Assembly (NCBI GenBank): GCA_963730185.1
Contig: CAVSQW010000006.1
Span: 514,050 to 578,049 of the forward strand
DNA length: 64,000 nt
DNA from: an uncultured Gemmatimonadales bacterium
GTDB taxonomy: Bacteria > Gemmatimonadota > Gemmatimonadetes > Gemmatimonadales > GWC2-71-9
Direction of reading: 5' to 3'
A program made the translations under genes and the position numbers. A model generated the notes under the pieces. That model saw only the letters and a list, made by a program, of their open reading frames with translations. It searched no databases and was not told the DNA's origin. Every line of letters begins with the position of its first letter. Position 1 is the first letter of the stretch. Shown here piece by piece: positions 1 to 10,099 of the stretch.

Positions 1-58
1 GCTTGCACGCCAGGGCGGCGAACCCGAGCAACAGGACTACGGGCAGATGTCGTGGCAT
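1..58 (-). CDS. N-terminus of a lipoprotein (runs off the window's left edge)
   Basis: Reverse strand reads MPRHLPVVLLLGFAALACK: hydrophobic stretch plus lipobox-like ALAC; GGAG just upstream of the ATG. Not in the ORF track. Confidence 0.6.
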   Translation of the reverse strand, partial: MPRHLPVVLLLGFAALACK

Positions 59-144
59 GGCTCCAAGATGGAGCCCGAACTCCGAAAGCGCGAGGGGCGG
101 GCCGGTCGGCCCGGTTCGACCCGGCCCTGACCTGGACGGCGGGG

Positions 145-2811
145 CTAGGACTCGCGCATCGCCGCGAGTGGATCGACCTGTCCCGCCCGCCGGGCCGGCA
201 GGACCGCCGCGGCCAACGCCACCAGCGCGAGCAGCGCGGGCACCACCACGAAGGTCACCGGGTCGAACGGCGAGATCTCGTAGAGCAGGCTCGCCAGCAG
301 CCGGGACAGCCCCAGCGCGGCGAGGGCCCCGAGCGCCAGGCCCACCGCGGTGAGGGCCAGGGCTTGGCGGAGCACGAGCCGCACGACGCGCCCTCGTCCG
401 GCGCCCAGGGCCATCCGGATCGCCAGCTCCTGGCGACGCTGGGCCACGGCCTGGGCCAGCACGCCGTAGAGACCGACCACCCCGAGGAGCAGCGCCACGC
501 CCGCGAAAGTGGCGAGCAGCACCGTCGCGAAGCGGCGCCGCGCCATGCTCTGAGCGTAGAGCTCATCGGCGGTGCCTATCAGGTCGATCGGCAGCCGCGG
601 GTCGAGCTCCGTGATCGCCCGCCGAATCGGGCCGATCAGGGTCTTCGGGTCGGCCGCCGCACGGGTCCGGATCAGGAGGGTCTGCCAGGAGAGCCAGTCC
701 CAGGTCTTCTGGGGATAGGGGAGATACACGATGGGCGTCGGCGCGACGTCGGCCGCCAGCATCCGGGCGTCGCCCACCACCCCGACCACCTCGATCCAGG
801 GCTCCCCCTCGCGGAACTGGATCCGCCGGCCCACCGGGTCGGCGCCGTTCCAGAGTCGGCGGGCCAGGGTCCGGTTGACGATCGCCACCGGTGGGGCATC
901 GGCCCGATCGCGCGGGTCGAAGGCCCGGCCCCGCTCGACCGGAATGCCGAGGGTGCCGAAGTAACCCGGCATCACCGCCTCCAGCGGAACCGGGTCGAAG
1001 CGCCCGCTCGGATTGGGCGATTCCCGGCCCTCGATCGCGAAGCTGTAGGTCATGGTCCCCCCGACCGCGGGGGTCTGGCTGGTGGAGCCCACCCGTTCGA
1101 CACCCGGCACCGCCGCGACCCGGCGGAGGGCACGCTCGTAGAAGTCGCGCTGGGCCGCCCCGTCGGGATAGCGCGCCCGCGGCAACGACATCGGAACGAC
1201 CAAGAGGTCGGCGGTGCGAAAGCCGTAGTCGATCTGCTGGAGGCGAACGAACGACCGGACCAGGAGTCCGGCTCCGATCAGGAGGACCAGCGACAGGGCC
1301 ACCTCGCCGACCAGCAGCACCGACCGAAGCCGGGCGTGGCCGGTGCCACCGCTCCGGTCGCCGCCGGCTCGAAGGGTCGCCTGGGGACTGGTGGCCGAGA
1401 GCCGAAAGGCCGGCACCAGGCCGAAGAGGAGCGTGCTCGCCAGGGTGATTGCGCCGGCGAAGCCGAGGACCACCGGGTCGAGGTGGATCGCCTCCGTTCT
1501 CGGCAGGTCGGCGGGGGCCAAGCGGAGAAGCAGGCGGAGCAGCCCTGCTGCGAGCCCGAGCCCCGCCAGACCGGCCGCCACCGCCAGCATCGCCCCCTCC
1601 ACCAGCAGCTGCCGCACCAGCCGACCGCGACCGGCGCCGAGCGCCCCGCGGACGGCCACCTCGCGCTCGCGGACCAGGCCTCGCGCCAGGAGCAGGTTGG
1701 CCACGTTGGCGCACGCGATCAGGAGCACCAGCGCGACGCCCGCCAGCAACACCAGGAGCAAGGGCCGCACCCCGGCCACCAGATCGGACTGGAGCGGAAC
1801 CACCGTGGCGCTCCAGCCTTTCATGTCGGCCGGATACTCCTTGGCCAGGGTCGCCGCGATCGTGTGGAGCTCCGAGCGGGCCTGCTCGATCGCGACCCCT
1901 GACTTCAGCCGACCGACGACCTCCCAGTTGTGACTCCGCCGACTGGTGGGGTCGAGCTGCCCGTCGGGGACGAGACGCCAGAGGTCGACCCCCGAGCTCG
2001 GGAACACGAAGTCCGGCCCCATCACGCCGACCACCGTGTGCGACCGGTCCTCGATCGTCAGGGTCCGGCCGACGATGTTCGGATCGGCGCCGTAGCGGTC
2101 GCGCCAGAGCCCGAAGCTCAGCAGCACCTCCCGATCGCCCCGCTCGGCGTCTTCCCGGGTGAACAGCCGTCCGAGCAGCGGCTTGACCCCGAGCAGCTGG
2201 ACGGCCGCCGGCGTGAGCCCGGTGAGGAGGACGTTGGTGGGCTCGCCGTCGCTGGTCAGCGCCACGGTATAGGCCTGGCTGTGCGCCCCGATCGCGGTGA
2301 AGGACGTGGCCCGCGCCCGCCAGTCGAGATAGTTGCCCTCCGAGACCACGTTCCGGTCGTCGCCGTCGGGCGCCACCTCCCAGAGCCTGACCAGGCGATC
2401 CGGCTCCTGGAACGCCAGGGGACGGAGGAGGACACCGTTCACCACGCTGAACATCGCGACGGTGGCGCCGAGGCCCACGGCCAGCGTCAGGATCGCGAGA
2501 AGGGAGAAGCCGGGCGATCGGCGGAGCACCCGCCAGCCGAAGCGCGTGTCGCCGGCGAGCCCGCCCAACCAGGCGCCCCGCCGGCGCTGGCGCTGCTCCC
2601 GCCGATCGATCCGCGCGCACAGAGCCTTGGCCCGGCGGATGTCGCCGAACTCGCGGCTCGCGCGGGCCCGCGCCTCCGCCGGGGAGAGGCCCTGGCGCTC
2701 GTACTCGCGGACCATCATCTCGAGATGAAAGGTCATCTCGTCGTCGAGATCAGCGCCGGCGTCCGGGCCGAAGAAGCGGAGGTACCGGCGCCACGCCGGG
2801 TCGCGGGCCAC
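145..2811 (-). CDS. ADOP-family duplicated orphan ABC permease (MacB-PCD/FtsX x2) with N-terminal permease-prefix domain
   Basis: 888 aa; LTLAVGLGATVAMFSVVNGVLLRPL, LIACANVANLLLAR, ELAIRMALGA, C-terminal PARRA..VDP; prefix DLDDEMTFHLEM...EARARASREFG; directly downstream of padR. Confidence 0.92.
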   Translation of the reverse strand: MARDPAWRRYLRFFGPDAGADLDDEMTFHLEMMVREYERQGLSPAEARARASREFGDIRRAKALCARIDRREQRQRRRGAWLGGLAGDTRFGWRVLRRSPGFSLLAILTLAVGLGATVAMFSVVNGVLLRPLAFQEPDRLVRLWEVAPDGDDRNVVSEGNYLDWRARATSFTAIGAHSQAYTVALTSDGEPTNVLLTGLTPAAVQLLGVKPLLGRLFTREDAERGDREVLLSFGLWRDRYGADPNIVGRTLTIEDRSHTVVGVMGPDFVFPSSGVDLWRLVPDGQLDPTSRRSHNWEVVGRLKSGVAIEQARSELHTIAATLAKEYPADMKGWSATVVPLQSDLVAGVRPLLLVLLAGVALVLLIACANVANLLLARGLVREREVAVRGALGAGRGRLVRQLLVEGAMLAVAAGLAGLGLAAGLLRLLLRLAPADLPRTEAIHLDPVVLGFAGAITLASTLLFGLVPAFRLSATSPQATLRAGGDRSGGTGHARLRSVLLVGEVALSLVLLIGAGLLVRSFVRLQQIDYGFRTADLLVVPMSLPRARYPDGAAQRDFYERALRRVAAVPGVERVGSTSQTPAVGGTMTYSFAIEGRESPNPSGRFDPVPLEAVMPGYFGTLGIPVERGRAFDPRDRADAPPVAIVNRTLARRLWNGADPVGRRIQFREGEPWIEVVGVVGDARMLAADVAPTPIVYLPYPQKTWDWLSWQTLLIRTRAAADPKTLIGPIRRAITELDPRLPIDLIGTADELYAQSMARRRFATVLLATFAGVALLLGVVGLYGVLAQAVAQRRQELAIRMALGAGRGRVVRLVLRQALALTAVGLALGALAALGLSRLLASLLYEISPFDPVTFVVVPALLALVALAAAVLPARRAGQVDPLAAMRES

Positions 2812-2818
2812 CGACGCC

Positions 2819-3157
2819 TCAGGCGGGCTGGCCGGTGGCGAGCACCTTGGCCACCAGCGCCACGTAGCGGTTCCAGCTTCCGGACTCGGCCGCCAGCGCT
2901 TTCCGCCCGGCGGGAAGCAACCGGTAGAACTTGGCTCGGCGGTTGTTCTCCGAGAGCCCCCACTCCGACTCGATCAGGGCCCGGGCCTCGAGCCGATGGA
3001 GGGCCGGATACAAGGCGGCGTCTTCGAGCCGGAGCTCGTCGTCCGTGGCCCGCCGGAGCCAGCTCATGATGGCGTAGCCGTGCATCCGGTCGCCGGTAAG
3101 GGCCTTGAGGACCAAGAGGTCGAGGGTTCCCTGGAGCACGTCGATTTCGCGGGGCAC
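2819..3157 (-). CDS. PadR-family transcriptional regulator (acidobacterial type)
   Basis: LQGTLDLLVLKAL, HGYAI, LYPALHRLE, EWGLSENNRRAKFY. Confidence 0.93.
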   Translation of the reverse strand: MPREIDVLQGTLDLLVLKALTGDRMHGYAIMSWLRRATDDELRLEDAALYPALHRLEARALIESEWGLSENNRRAKFYRLLPAGRKALAAESGSWNRYVALVAKVLATGQPA

Positions 3158-3163
3158 GGTCTC

Positions 3164-3213
3164 TCCACTAAACGTCTTGGTGGAACGCTAGCACTCGACC
3201 GGAGCGAAGGCAA
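3164..3213 (-). promoter_or_regulatory. sigma70-like padR promoter plus palindromic operator
   Basis: Minus strand TTGCCT(3213-3208)-17 nt-TAGCGT(3190-3185), followed by imperfect inverted repeat TCCACTAA-N5-TTGGTGGA (3164-3184) between the -10 element and the start codon. Confidence 0.6.
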
Positions 3214-3234
3214 GTGCGTCACGCCGCCCGCACT

Positions 3235-3294
3235 ACTACACATATAGTTGACAACCGGTCCAGCGCGCCGTAGCTTGGCAACTAGTCCTCTAGT
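3235..3294 (+). promoter_or_regulatory. blaI promoter flanked by two BlaI-type operators
   Basis: TTGACA(3248-3253)-17 nt-TAGCTT(3271-3276); ACTA-N6-TAGT at 3235-3248 and 3281-3294; AGGAG RBS next. Confidence 0.75.
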
Positions 3295-3305
3295 AGGAGC
3301 GCGCC

Positions 3306-3674
3306 GTGCCCCGCCTCACCGATCGCGAGCTCGACGTCATGCACGTCCTCTGGGACCTGGGCTCCGGCACCGTCACCGAGGTCCGCGAGCAGCTGAGCGA
3401 CGAGCTGGCCTACACCACCGTCCTCACCATCCTCCGCACCCTCGAGCAGAAGGGCCACGTGGGCCACGAGGAGGTCGGCCGGGCCCACCGCTACCGGCCG
3501 CTGATCGACCGGGCGGCGGCCGGGCGGAGCGCAGTGTCACACCTGATGGAGAAGCTGTTCGACAACTCGCCCGAGAGGCTGCTGACCCATCTGGTGAGTG
3601 AGCGCGGCCTCTCCCGGGCGGAAGTCCGCCGACTCAAGCGGCTGCTCGACGAGCGGCTGGAGGAGGACCGATGA
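3306..3674 (+). CDS. BlaI/MecI/CopY-family repressor
   Basis: LTDRELDVMHVLW, LAYTTVLTILRTLEQKG, RAHRYRP. Confidence 0.93.
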   Translation: MPRLTDRELDVMHVLWDLGSGTVTEVREQLSDELAYTTVLTILRTLEQKGHVGHEEVGRAHRYRPLIDRAAAGRSAVSHLMEKLFDNSPERLLTHLVSERGLSRAEVRRLKRLLDERLEEDR

Positions 3675-4107
3675 TCGCGATCTGGATGGTCTACGCCTGT
3701 TTCGTCGGGCTGGTCGTCTTCGGTGTCGGGCGGGCAATCGAAGAGCTGGCCCGGCTCGCCGATCGGCCGCGGCGATGGGTCTGGGTGGGCGCCATGGCGC
3801 TCAGCCTCGGCTTCCCGCTCGCCCTTTTCGCCTTTCCGTCGCTCGGGGCCGCGCGCCGGATGCCGATCGCGCCGTGGCAGGTCGCGGCCGGCGCCGGGGC
3901 ACCGGTGGGCCCGGCTCGATCAACGACTAGCCCGTCCCATTCGAGGAGCTGGAGCGGACCCTCGATGCGGTCTACGACCGGCGGCCCTGGAAGGACCGCT
4001 ATTGGCAGGCGGACTGGACCGCCGGCTATCGGCAGCTGACGGCGGTGCTCGACGTAGCCCGCCGGGCGACCGTGCGGGTGCGGCTTTGCCCTAGCAACTC
4101 GGACTGA
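3671..4107 (+). CDS. Short membrane protein resembling the BlaR1/M56 N-terminus, with no protease domain (2 apparent frameshifts)
   Basis: ATGA overlap with blaI; MIAIWMVY...RPRRWVWVGAMALSL resembles M56 N-termini. Removing one G (~3898) and one C (~3937) gives about 144 aa ending at TGA 4107. No HEXXH in any frame. Confidence 0.55.
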
Positions 4108-4129
4108 GGTCCCTGGCTGAAGGGCGCGC

Positions 4130-4158
4130 TTGTCAGAATGCCGGCCGGTTCCTAACCT
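4130..4158 (+). promoter_or_regulatory. sigma70-like promoter
   Basis: TTGTCA-17 nt-TAACCT upstream of the 4201 ORF. Confidence 0.55.
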
Positions 4159-4200
4159 AGACGAGAGGAGTCCAACTCCCGTCGACCGTCAGGCATTGCC

Positions 4201-5301
4201 ATGAGAGCGGTGAGACTCGCCCCGGCCTGCTTCTTGGCCTCGATGCCGTTCGCGGCAGGCCCCGCGGCGGCTCAGACGATCCGAGTGCGAACGGTCGACG
4301 AGGTCACCCGGCAACCGGCCGCCGGAGCCCTGGTCTCGCTCCTCACCCCCAGCGGAGCTCGGCTCCGGCAGCGGCTCACGGACCATCTCGGCCGGGCCAC
4401 GCTCACCGCCTCGGGCCCGGGCGTGTACCGGGTCCGGGCCGACCGGATCGGACATCCCGGCATCACCTCGGACTCCCTGGCGCTCCGCGCCGCCGACACG
4501 GTGGAGCTCACGATCGCGATGCCCGCGCGCCGGACCGTGCTGCCGGAGCTGGTCGCCACGGGCACGAGCCCCTGCGTGACGGACCCGGCGTCCGCCCGGA
4601 GCACCGCCGCGCTCTGGGAGGAAGCGCGGAAAGCGCTCCTGACCAGCCAGCTCACCCGGGACCGACGCGACCTCCGGTTTACGGTCCTGGAGTTCAGCCG
4701 CCGGCTCGGGCCCAACCTCGCCGTGCTCGAGGAGACCACCGACACGCTCGAGCTCCCGGCCCTCCGTCCGTTCACCTCGATCCCCGCCGCCATTCTGGAG
4801 CGCGACGGCTGGATTCGCCGCGACGAGGAGAAGGTCATCTACTATGGTCCCGACGAGGCCCTGCTCCTCTCCGACTTCTTCCTGAGGACGCACTGCTTCC
4901 GGACCGAGTGGAGCCGGCGGGACGGGCGGGCTGTCGTCGCCCTCCGGTTCGAGCCGCTCCGAGGCTCCAGCGCCGACATCTCCGGCGCGCTCTGGCTCGA
5001 CCCCGGCCGAGCGGAGCTGACCTCGGTCGACTGGCGCTACGAGCGGCTCCCGCGCGACCTGCCGTCCGGGGCCACCGGGACCGCCCGGTTCGAAGCGCCG
5101 CTCGAGGGCGGGTACGTCGTCTGGCACTGGGCCATCCGGATGCCGCATCAGCTGACCGTGACGGTCAAGGCGTCGGACGGGACGCCGGATCTCGGCTCCC
5201 ATCCGGTCATCGAGAGCTACGTCGAGGAGGGCGGCGAGGTGCTCCGGATCGAGAGCCGGCCGCCGGCCACGCAACCCTCCTCGCGTCCGGCGGGTCTATA
5301 G
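4201..5301 (+). CDS. Secreted carboxypeptidase-regulatory-like domain protein
   Basis: Signal peptide ending AAAQ; VDEVTRQPAAGALV...TDHLGR...YRVRADRIG...LPELVA; C-terminal YYGPDEALLLSDFFLRTHCF region. Confidence 0.75.
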   Translation: MRAVRLAPACFLASMPFAAGPAAAQTIRVRTVDEVTRQPAAGALVSLLTPSGARLRQRLTDHLGRATLTASGPGVYRVRADRIGHPGITSDSLALRAADTVELTIAMPARRTVLPELVATGTSPCVTDPASARSTAALWEEARKALLTSQLTRDRRDLRFTVLEFSRRLGPNLAVLEETTDTLELPALRPFTSIPAAILERDGWIRRDEEKVIYYGPDEALLLSDFFLRTHCFRTEWSRRDGRAVVALRFEPLRGSSADISGALWLDPGRAELTSVDWRYERLPRDLPSGATGTARFEAPLEGGYVVWHWAIRMPHQLTVTVKASDGTPDLGSHPVIESYVEEGGEVLRIESRPPATQPSSRPAGL

Positions 5302-5337
5302 CGGCAGCGTCCCCCTCGCCGCTTCTGGAGGATCATC

Positions 5338-7731
5338 GTGTCCCGATTCGACCCCGGCGCCCTCGTCCGTGCCGTCCGGCTCACCTTTCGGGCCCTGGGG
5401 CGGCGGCCCGGCTTCACCGCCGCCGCCGTGCTGACCCTCACGCTCGGCATCGGCGCGAACACGGCGATGTTCAGCCTGGTCGACTCGATCGTGCTCAGGC
5501 CCCTGCCCTACGCCGACCCGTCGCGCCTGGTGGTGGTCTGGCCAGGGACCTTCCTCGGCAATCGAGCCGTCGACTACCTCCGCACCAACGCCCGAACGCT
5601 CGACCGGGTCGGATCGTTCAGTCCGGGTTGGCTGATGGGCCTGACCGGCGTGCCCGAACCGACCCAGCTCTCGGCCGCCCGGATCTCGGGCAACCTGTTC
5701 GACGTGCTGGGAGTCCGGCCGGCCCTGGGCCGGACCTTCGGGATGGAGGGCGAGACACCCGGCAACGACCACGTCGTGGTCCTGGGCGACCGGGTCTGGC
5801 GCCGGAGCTTCGGGGCGGACCCCGCGGTCGTGGGACGGTCGATCCAGCTCGACGACGAACCCTACACCGTGATCGGGGTGATGGCGCCGAGCTTCCAGAT
5901 CCTCGACACCGACACCGACCTCTGGACGCCGCTGACGATGGATCCGACGGCCATGCACTGGGCCGGGCAGGTCACCCAAGTGGTCGGACGGCTGGCTCCC
6001 GGCGCGACCGTTCGCCAGGCCGACGTCGAGTTCCGAACCCTGGCCGCCGCGATGGGGCGCCAGTTCGATGAGCCTGACGACTGGGCCCGGAGCGCGCAGG
6101 TGGCGGGCTGGCAGGACGACTTGGTGGGCGGCGTGCGCAGCACCCTGCTCGTGTTGCTCGGCGCGGTGGGCTTCCTGTTGCTGATCGCCGTGGCCAACGT
6201 CGCCAATCTGCTCCTGGTCCGGACGGCGGAGCGACGGCACGAGCTGGCCCTTCGGTTCTCGCTCGGCGCCACCCGGGAACAAGTGGCGCTGCTCCTGCTC
6301 GGTGAGAGCCTCGCCCTCGCTCTGCTCGGCGGGTTGGGCGGCCTGGGGCTGGCGGCCGTGGCCGTCCGGCTCGCCCCCGCCATTCTCCCGAGCGATCTTC
6401 CCCGGCTGGCGGAGGTGGGCCTCAACGGAACGGTGCTGGCGGTGGCCGCCGGGATCACCCTGCTGACGGCCTTGGCTTTCGGCGCCGCCCCGGCGCTCCA
6501 CGCGGCCCGCGACGCATCGGGCACTTGGATCCGAAGCGGGCGGGGCTCGAGCGGGAGCGGCGGTCGCACCCGAGGGGTGCTGATCGCCGGGGAGGTGGCG
6601 GTCGCCTTGATTCTCCTGGCGGGCGCCGGCCTCATGATCCGAACGGTGCGGGCCCTCAATGCGGTGGACCCGGGATTCAAGCCCGATCACCTGCTCACGC
6701 TCCAGCTCCAGCCGTCCGGATTCGAGACCCGGGACGCCCTTCGGGCCTACTGGCGAACGATGCTGGACCGGGTGAGGGCAGTGCCTGGGGTGGTCGCGGC
6801 CGGGTCGATTCTCCACCTGCCGACCGGCGGACGGAAGTGGCAAGCCGATCTCGAGATCGACGGCCGCCAGCTCGAGCGAGGGCAGGCACCTCCCCGGTCC
6901 GCCTGGCAGTCGATCTCGACCGGCTACCTGAAGACGGCTGGCATTCCCCTGATCCGGGGACGCGACGTGGCGCCGGAGGACGGACCCGACGCGCCCCGGG
7001 TCATGCTGGTGAACACCGAGCTGGCGCGACGCCTCTTCCCGAACGAGAGCCCGATCGGCCACCGCATCAAGGCGGGATACGCCACCCGGCAGCAGTGGGC
7101 GACGGTGGTGGGGGTCGTGGGCTCGGTCCGGCACGACAGTCTCAACACCCCGCCCGGCCCGGAGATCTATCTGCCGTACGACCAGACCACGGTCACCGCG
7201 AGCGCCGTGGTAGTCCGGACCGCCGGGAGCCCGGCGGCGCTGGCGCCGGCGATCGTCGGGGCGATCCGAAGCGTCCAGGCCGAGGTGCCGATCTCGGACG
7301 TGCGGTCGATGCACGACCTCCTGGCGGCGTCGATCCAGCGTCAGCGGAGCGTGCTCGCCTTGTTCGGCGCGTTCGCGGCGGTGGGACTGATGCTCGGCGC
7401 GGTCGGGATCTACGGGGTGGTCGCGTATGGCGCTCGCCAGCGGGCGCGGGAGATCGGCATCCGGGTGGCGCTGGGCGCCGACGCCCGATCGGTCGCCGGG
7501 CTGGTGGTGCGCGACGGACTCTGGTGGGCGATGCTCGGGGTGGCGGCGGGAGTGCCGATCGCGCTCGGTCTCGGTGGGGTGCTCCGGGGCCTGGTGTACG
7601 GCGTCCCGGTGACCGACCCGGCCAGCCTCGCCGGCGCGGCAACGGCGCTGGTGGCGGTCGCGGCCCTGGCCAGCTACCTGCCGGCCCGCCGGGCGGCGCG
7701 AGCCGACCCGACGACGGTCCTCCGGGGGTAG
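5338..7731 (+). CDS. ADOP-family duplicated orphan ABC permease (no prefix domain)
   Basis: 797 aa; LTLTLGIGANTAMFS, LIAVANVANLLL, REIGIRVALGA, PARRAARADP. Confidence 0.92.
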   Translation: MSRFDPGALVRAVRLTFRALGRRPGFTAAAVLTLTLGIGANTAMFSLVDSIVLRPLPYADPSRLVVVWPGTFLGNRAVDYLRTNARTLDRVGSFSPGWLMGLTGVPEPTQLSAARISGNLFDVLGVRPALGRTFGMEGETPGNDHVVVLGDRVWRRSFGADPAVVGRSIQLDDEPYTVIGVMAPSFQILDTDTDLWTPLTMDPTAMHWAGQVTQVVGRLAPGATVRQADVEFRTLAAAMGRQFDEPDDWARSAQVAGWQDDLVGGVRSTLLVLLGAVGFLLLIAVANVANLLLVRTAERRHELALRFSLGATREQVALLLLGESLALALLGGLGGLGLAAVAVRLAPAILPSDLPRLAEVGLNGTVLAVAAGITLLTALAFGAAPALHAARDASGTWIRSGRGSSGSGGRTRGVLIAGEVAVALILLAGAGLMIRTVRALNAVDPGFKPDHLLTLQLQPSGFETRDALRAYWRTMLDRVRAVPGVVAAGSILHLPTGGRKWQADLEIDGRQLERGQAPPRSAWQSISTGYLKTAGIPLIRGRDVAPEDGPDAPRVMLVNTELARRLFPNESPIGHRIKAGYATRQQWATVVGVVGSVRHDSLNTPPGPEIYLPYDQTTVTASAVVVRTAGSPAALAPAIVGAIRSVQAEVPISDVRSMHDLLAASIQRQRSVLALFGAFAAVGLMLGAVGIYGVVAYGARQRAREIGIRVALGADARSVAGLVVRDGLWWAMLGVAAGVPIALGLGGVLRGLVYGVPVTDPASLAGAATALVAVAALASYLPARRAARADPTTVLRG

Positions 7732-7871
7732 CGAAACCGGGTCAGGGCATGCCGGGCCACTCCGACGATCGGTAGATTTGAGGGCGTGGACCGGTGTTCG
7801 TCACCTGGGGCGAACCGAGCCGGACCGCCGACGTTCGACCTCGGAGAGTCCGAATCCGGGCTCCGCCTTTG

Positions 7872-10099
7872 GTGGTACATACCCGTCACTGGAATCCCCT
7901 GACATGGGGACTGTGCCTCGTCGCGAGCCTGACCGGGCTCGCCGGTTGCGGGGTCGATCCAGCCCCGACCGGGACGGACGGCGCCGGCCGCCCCGGGCTG
8001 GCGAGGGCCGCGGGGCCGCCCAATCACTTCCAGTTCTACAACATCCTCTTCATGTACCCCCTGGGCGTTCCCACCCGGAGCCCGATCGGGGTCCAAGTGC
8101 TCGATTCGGCTGGAATCGCGATCAGCGGCCTCAAGGTGTCCTCCCTCGTGGATTCCGGCGGCGGCGTCATCGAGACGCTGCCGAACCCGGACCCGACCCT
8201 CGCCGGCGACCCGATCTTCGCGTCCTGGCTGCTGGGCGATTCCCTCATGCGCCAGGTGGCCCACGTCGAGGCCGGCGGGATCCGGTCGGAGAACCTCGTC
8301 GTGCTGGGCACGGTGGGTAAGGTGACCCTGGTGAGTGGTGGCGGTCAGCAGGGTCGACCCGGCGGGGCGGTGCCGGACCCGGTGGTGGTTCAGGCGGCGA
8401 CGGCCACCGGCAAGCGGCTCGGCGCGGGCTTCGCGGTGTTCTTCCGGCCGCTCGACACCCTCGCCCAGGTAAAGGCCTCGCACTCGGTGCTGACCGACGA
8501 TCAAGGCCTTGCCACTCAGGCGGTGCCCTGGATCCTGGAGGCCAAGCCGGGCCTCAACACGATGCTGGTGCAGGGCAAGTTCGCCCAGGTTCAGATCCAG
8601 GTTCACGCCGAGGGGGTGGCGCCGAAGCCGGAGCGGACCCGGGAACCGGACCGCGCTGTTCACCGGGTTCGCGACGCCGACCGTCCTCCAGGCCGTGACC
8701 CCGGTCTCGCAGGCGGTCAACGCCGGCACCGCGATCCTGCCCGCGCCGGGGGTCCGAGCCTTCGACGCCGATGGGGTGCCGCTCGCGGGGGTGCCGATCG
8801 ATGACAGTGGCATCGGGCCAGGGGCACCTCGACGGCGGCACCGGAGCCACCGGCCCGGACGGGATCTTCCAGGCACAAGGCTGGGTGGCGGGGGCAACAC
8901 CGGGCGACAACGTCGTGCAGGCGACGACCGAGGGGCTCCCGGGCACCGCGGCGTTCACCGCCGTCGGACTGAGCGACCAGCCTGCTTCCGTCTCGGCCTG
9001 GGCCGGAGACGGGGCCACCGGATACGCCGGCAACTTCGTCGCCGTCTCGCCGGCGGTGCGGGTGCTGGATGGGCAGGGGCGGCCGGTCGCGGGGCCGACG
9101 GTCGGGTGGGAGGTCATCGCCGGCAACGGGACGATCTCGGCCAGCGCCACGACGGTCGACGCCGACGGCGTCGGCACCCTGCCGAGCTGGCGGTGGGGGC
9201 TTCCCGGCCCCCAGATGGTCCGCGCTACCGTGGCCGGCCAGCCGCCGGTGACGTTCCACGGAAACGCGGCGGCCGTTCCACCCAGCGAATTCGGGATCGA
9301 GATCCGCTATTCCGCAGGGCCGCCGACCCACTCCCAGGACTCGATCTTCCACCTGGCGGCGGCGCGGTGGGGGCTTCTCGTGGTGGGCGACCTGACCGAC
9401 CAGCCGATCGACCTGCCCGCGGACCCGGCCGGCTGCTTCCCCGCTCTCCACGAGACCGTCGACGACCTGGTCATCTTCGTCGAGCTGGTCGACATCGACG
9501 GGGCCGGCGGGATCCTCGGCGCCTCGGGCGCGTGCCTGGCCCGGGAGGAGGACCTCCTGCCCGCCGTCGGCATCCTCCTCCTAGACCGGGCCGACGTCTT
9601 CGCCCTCGAGAACCGGGGGCTCCTGGCCGACGTCATGGTCCACGAGATGGGCCACATTCTCGGCTTCACCGAGACCGAGTTTCGCCTCAAGGGACTGTAT
9701 GCCGAGCGCCCGGTGGGCAACCCGCTTTACCTCGGGCCGTCCGCCCAGGCGGCCTACGCGGCCGTGGCGCCGGCCGGCACCGTGTCGTTCCTGGTGCCCC
9801 TGGAGAATTCCGGTGGTCCGGGCACCCGGAGCTCTCATTGGCGGGAATCGATCCTTCACAGCGAGCTGATGACGGGCTACATCGACCCGGTCAATCGGCT
9901 GAGCGCAATCACCGTCGCGGTGTTCCGCGACCTCGGCTACCGGGTGAACGACCTGCCCGCCGATCCGTTCGACTTCGCGACTCTTCTCCAGGCGGCAAGC
10001 CGGCTCGCCGGCCCGGCCGTCCAGGTCCGGACCAGCCCCTGGAACGGCCCTCTTCGGACGATCGACCGGCACGGCCGGGTGGTCCGGACGTTCCGCTAG
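7872..10099 (+). CDS. Lipoprotein with Ig-like (Big_1-like) repeats and C-terminal leishmanolysin-like (M8) zinc peptidase (2 apparent frameshifts)
   Basis: Lipobox LAGC; Ig-like segments (VSGGGQQG..PDPVVVQA; PAVRVLDGQGRPVAG); HEMGHILG, PLENSGGPGTRSSHWRE, ELMTG. Joins ORFs 7794, 8509 and 8771 at ~8630 and ~8800. Start uncertain. Confidence 0.75.

Noticed and set aside
3928..3930. In-frame TAG suggesting amber read-through
   Set aside because: The frame upstream of the TAG is a shadow of blaI and mini-BlaR; two +1 indels explain the downstream coding-like segment better.
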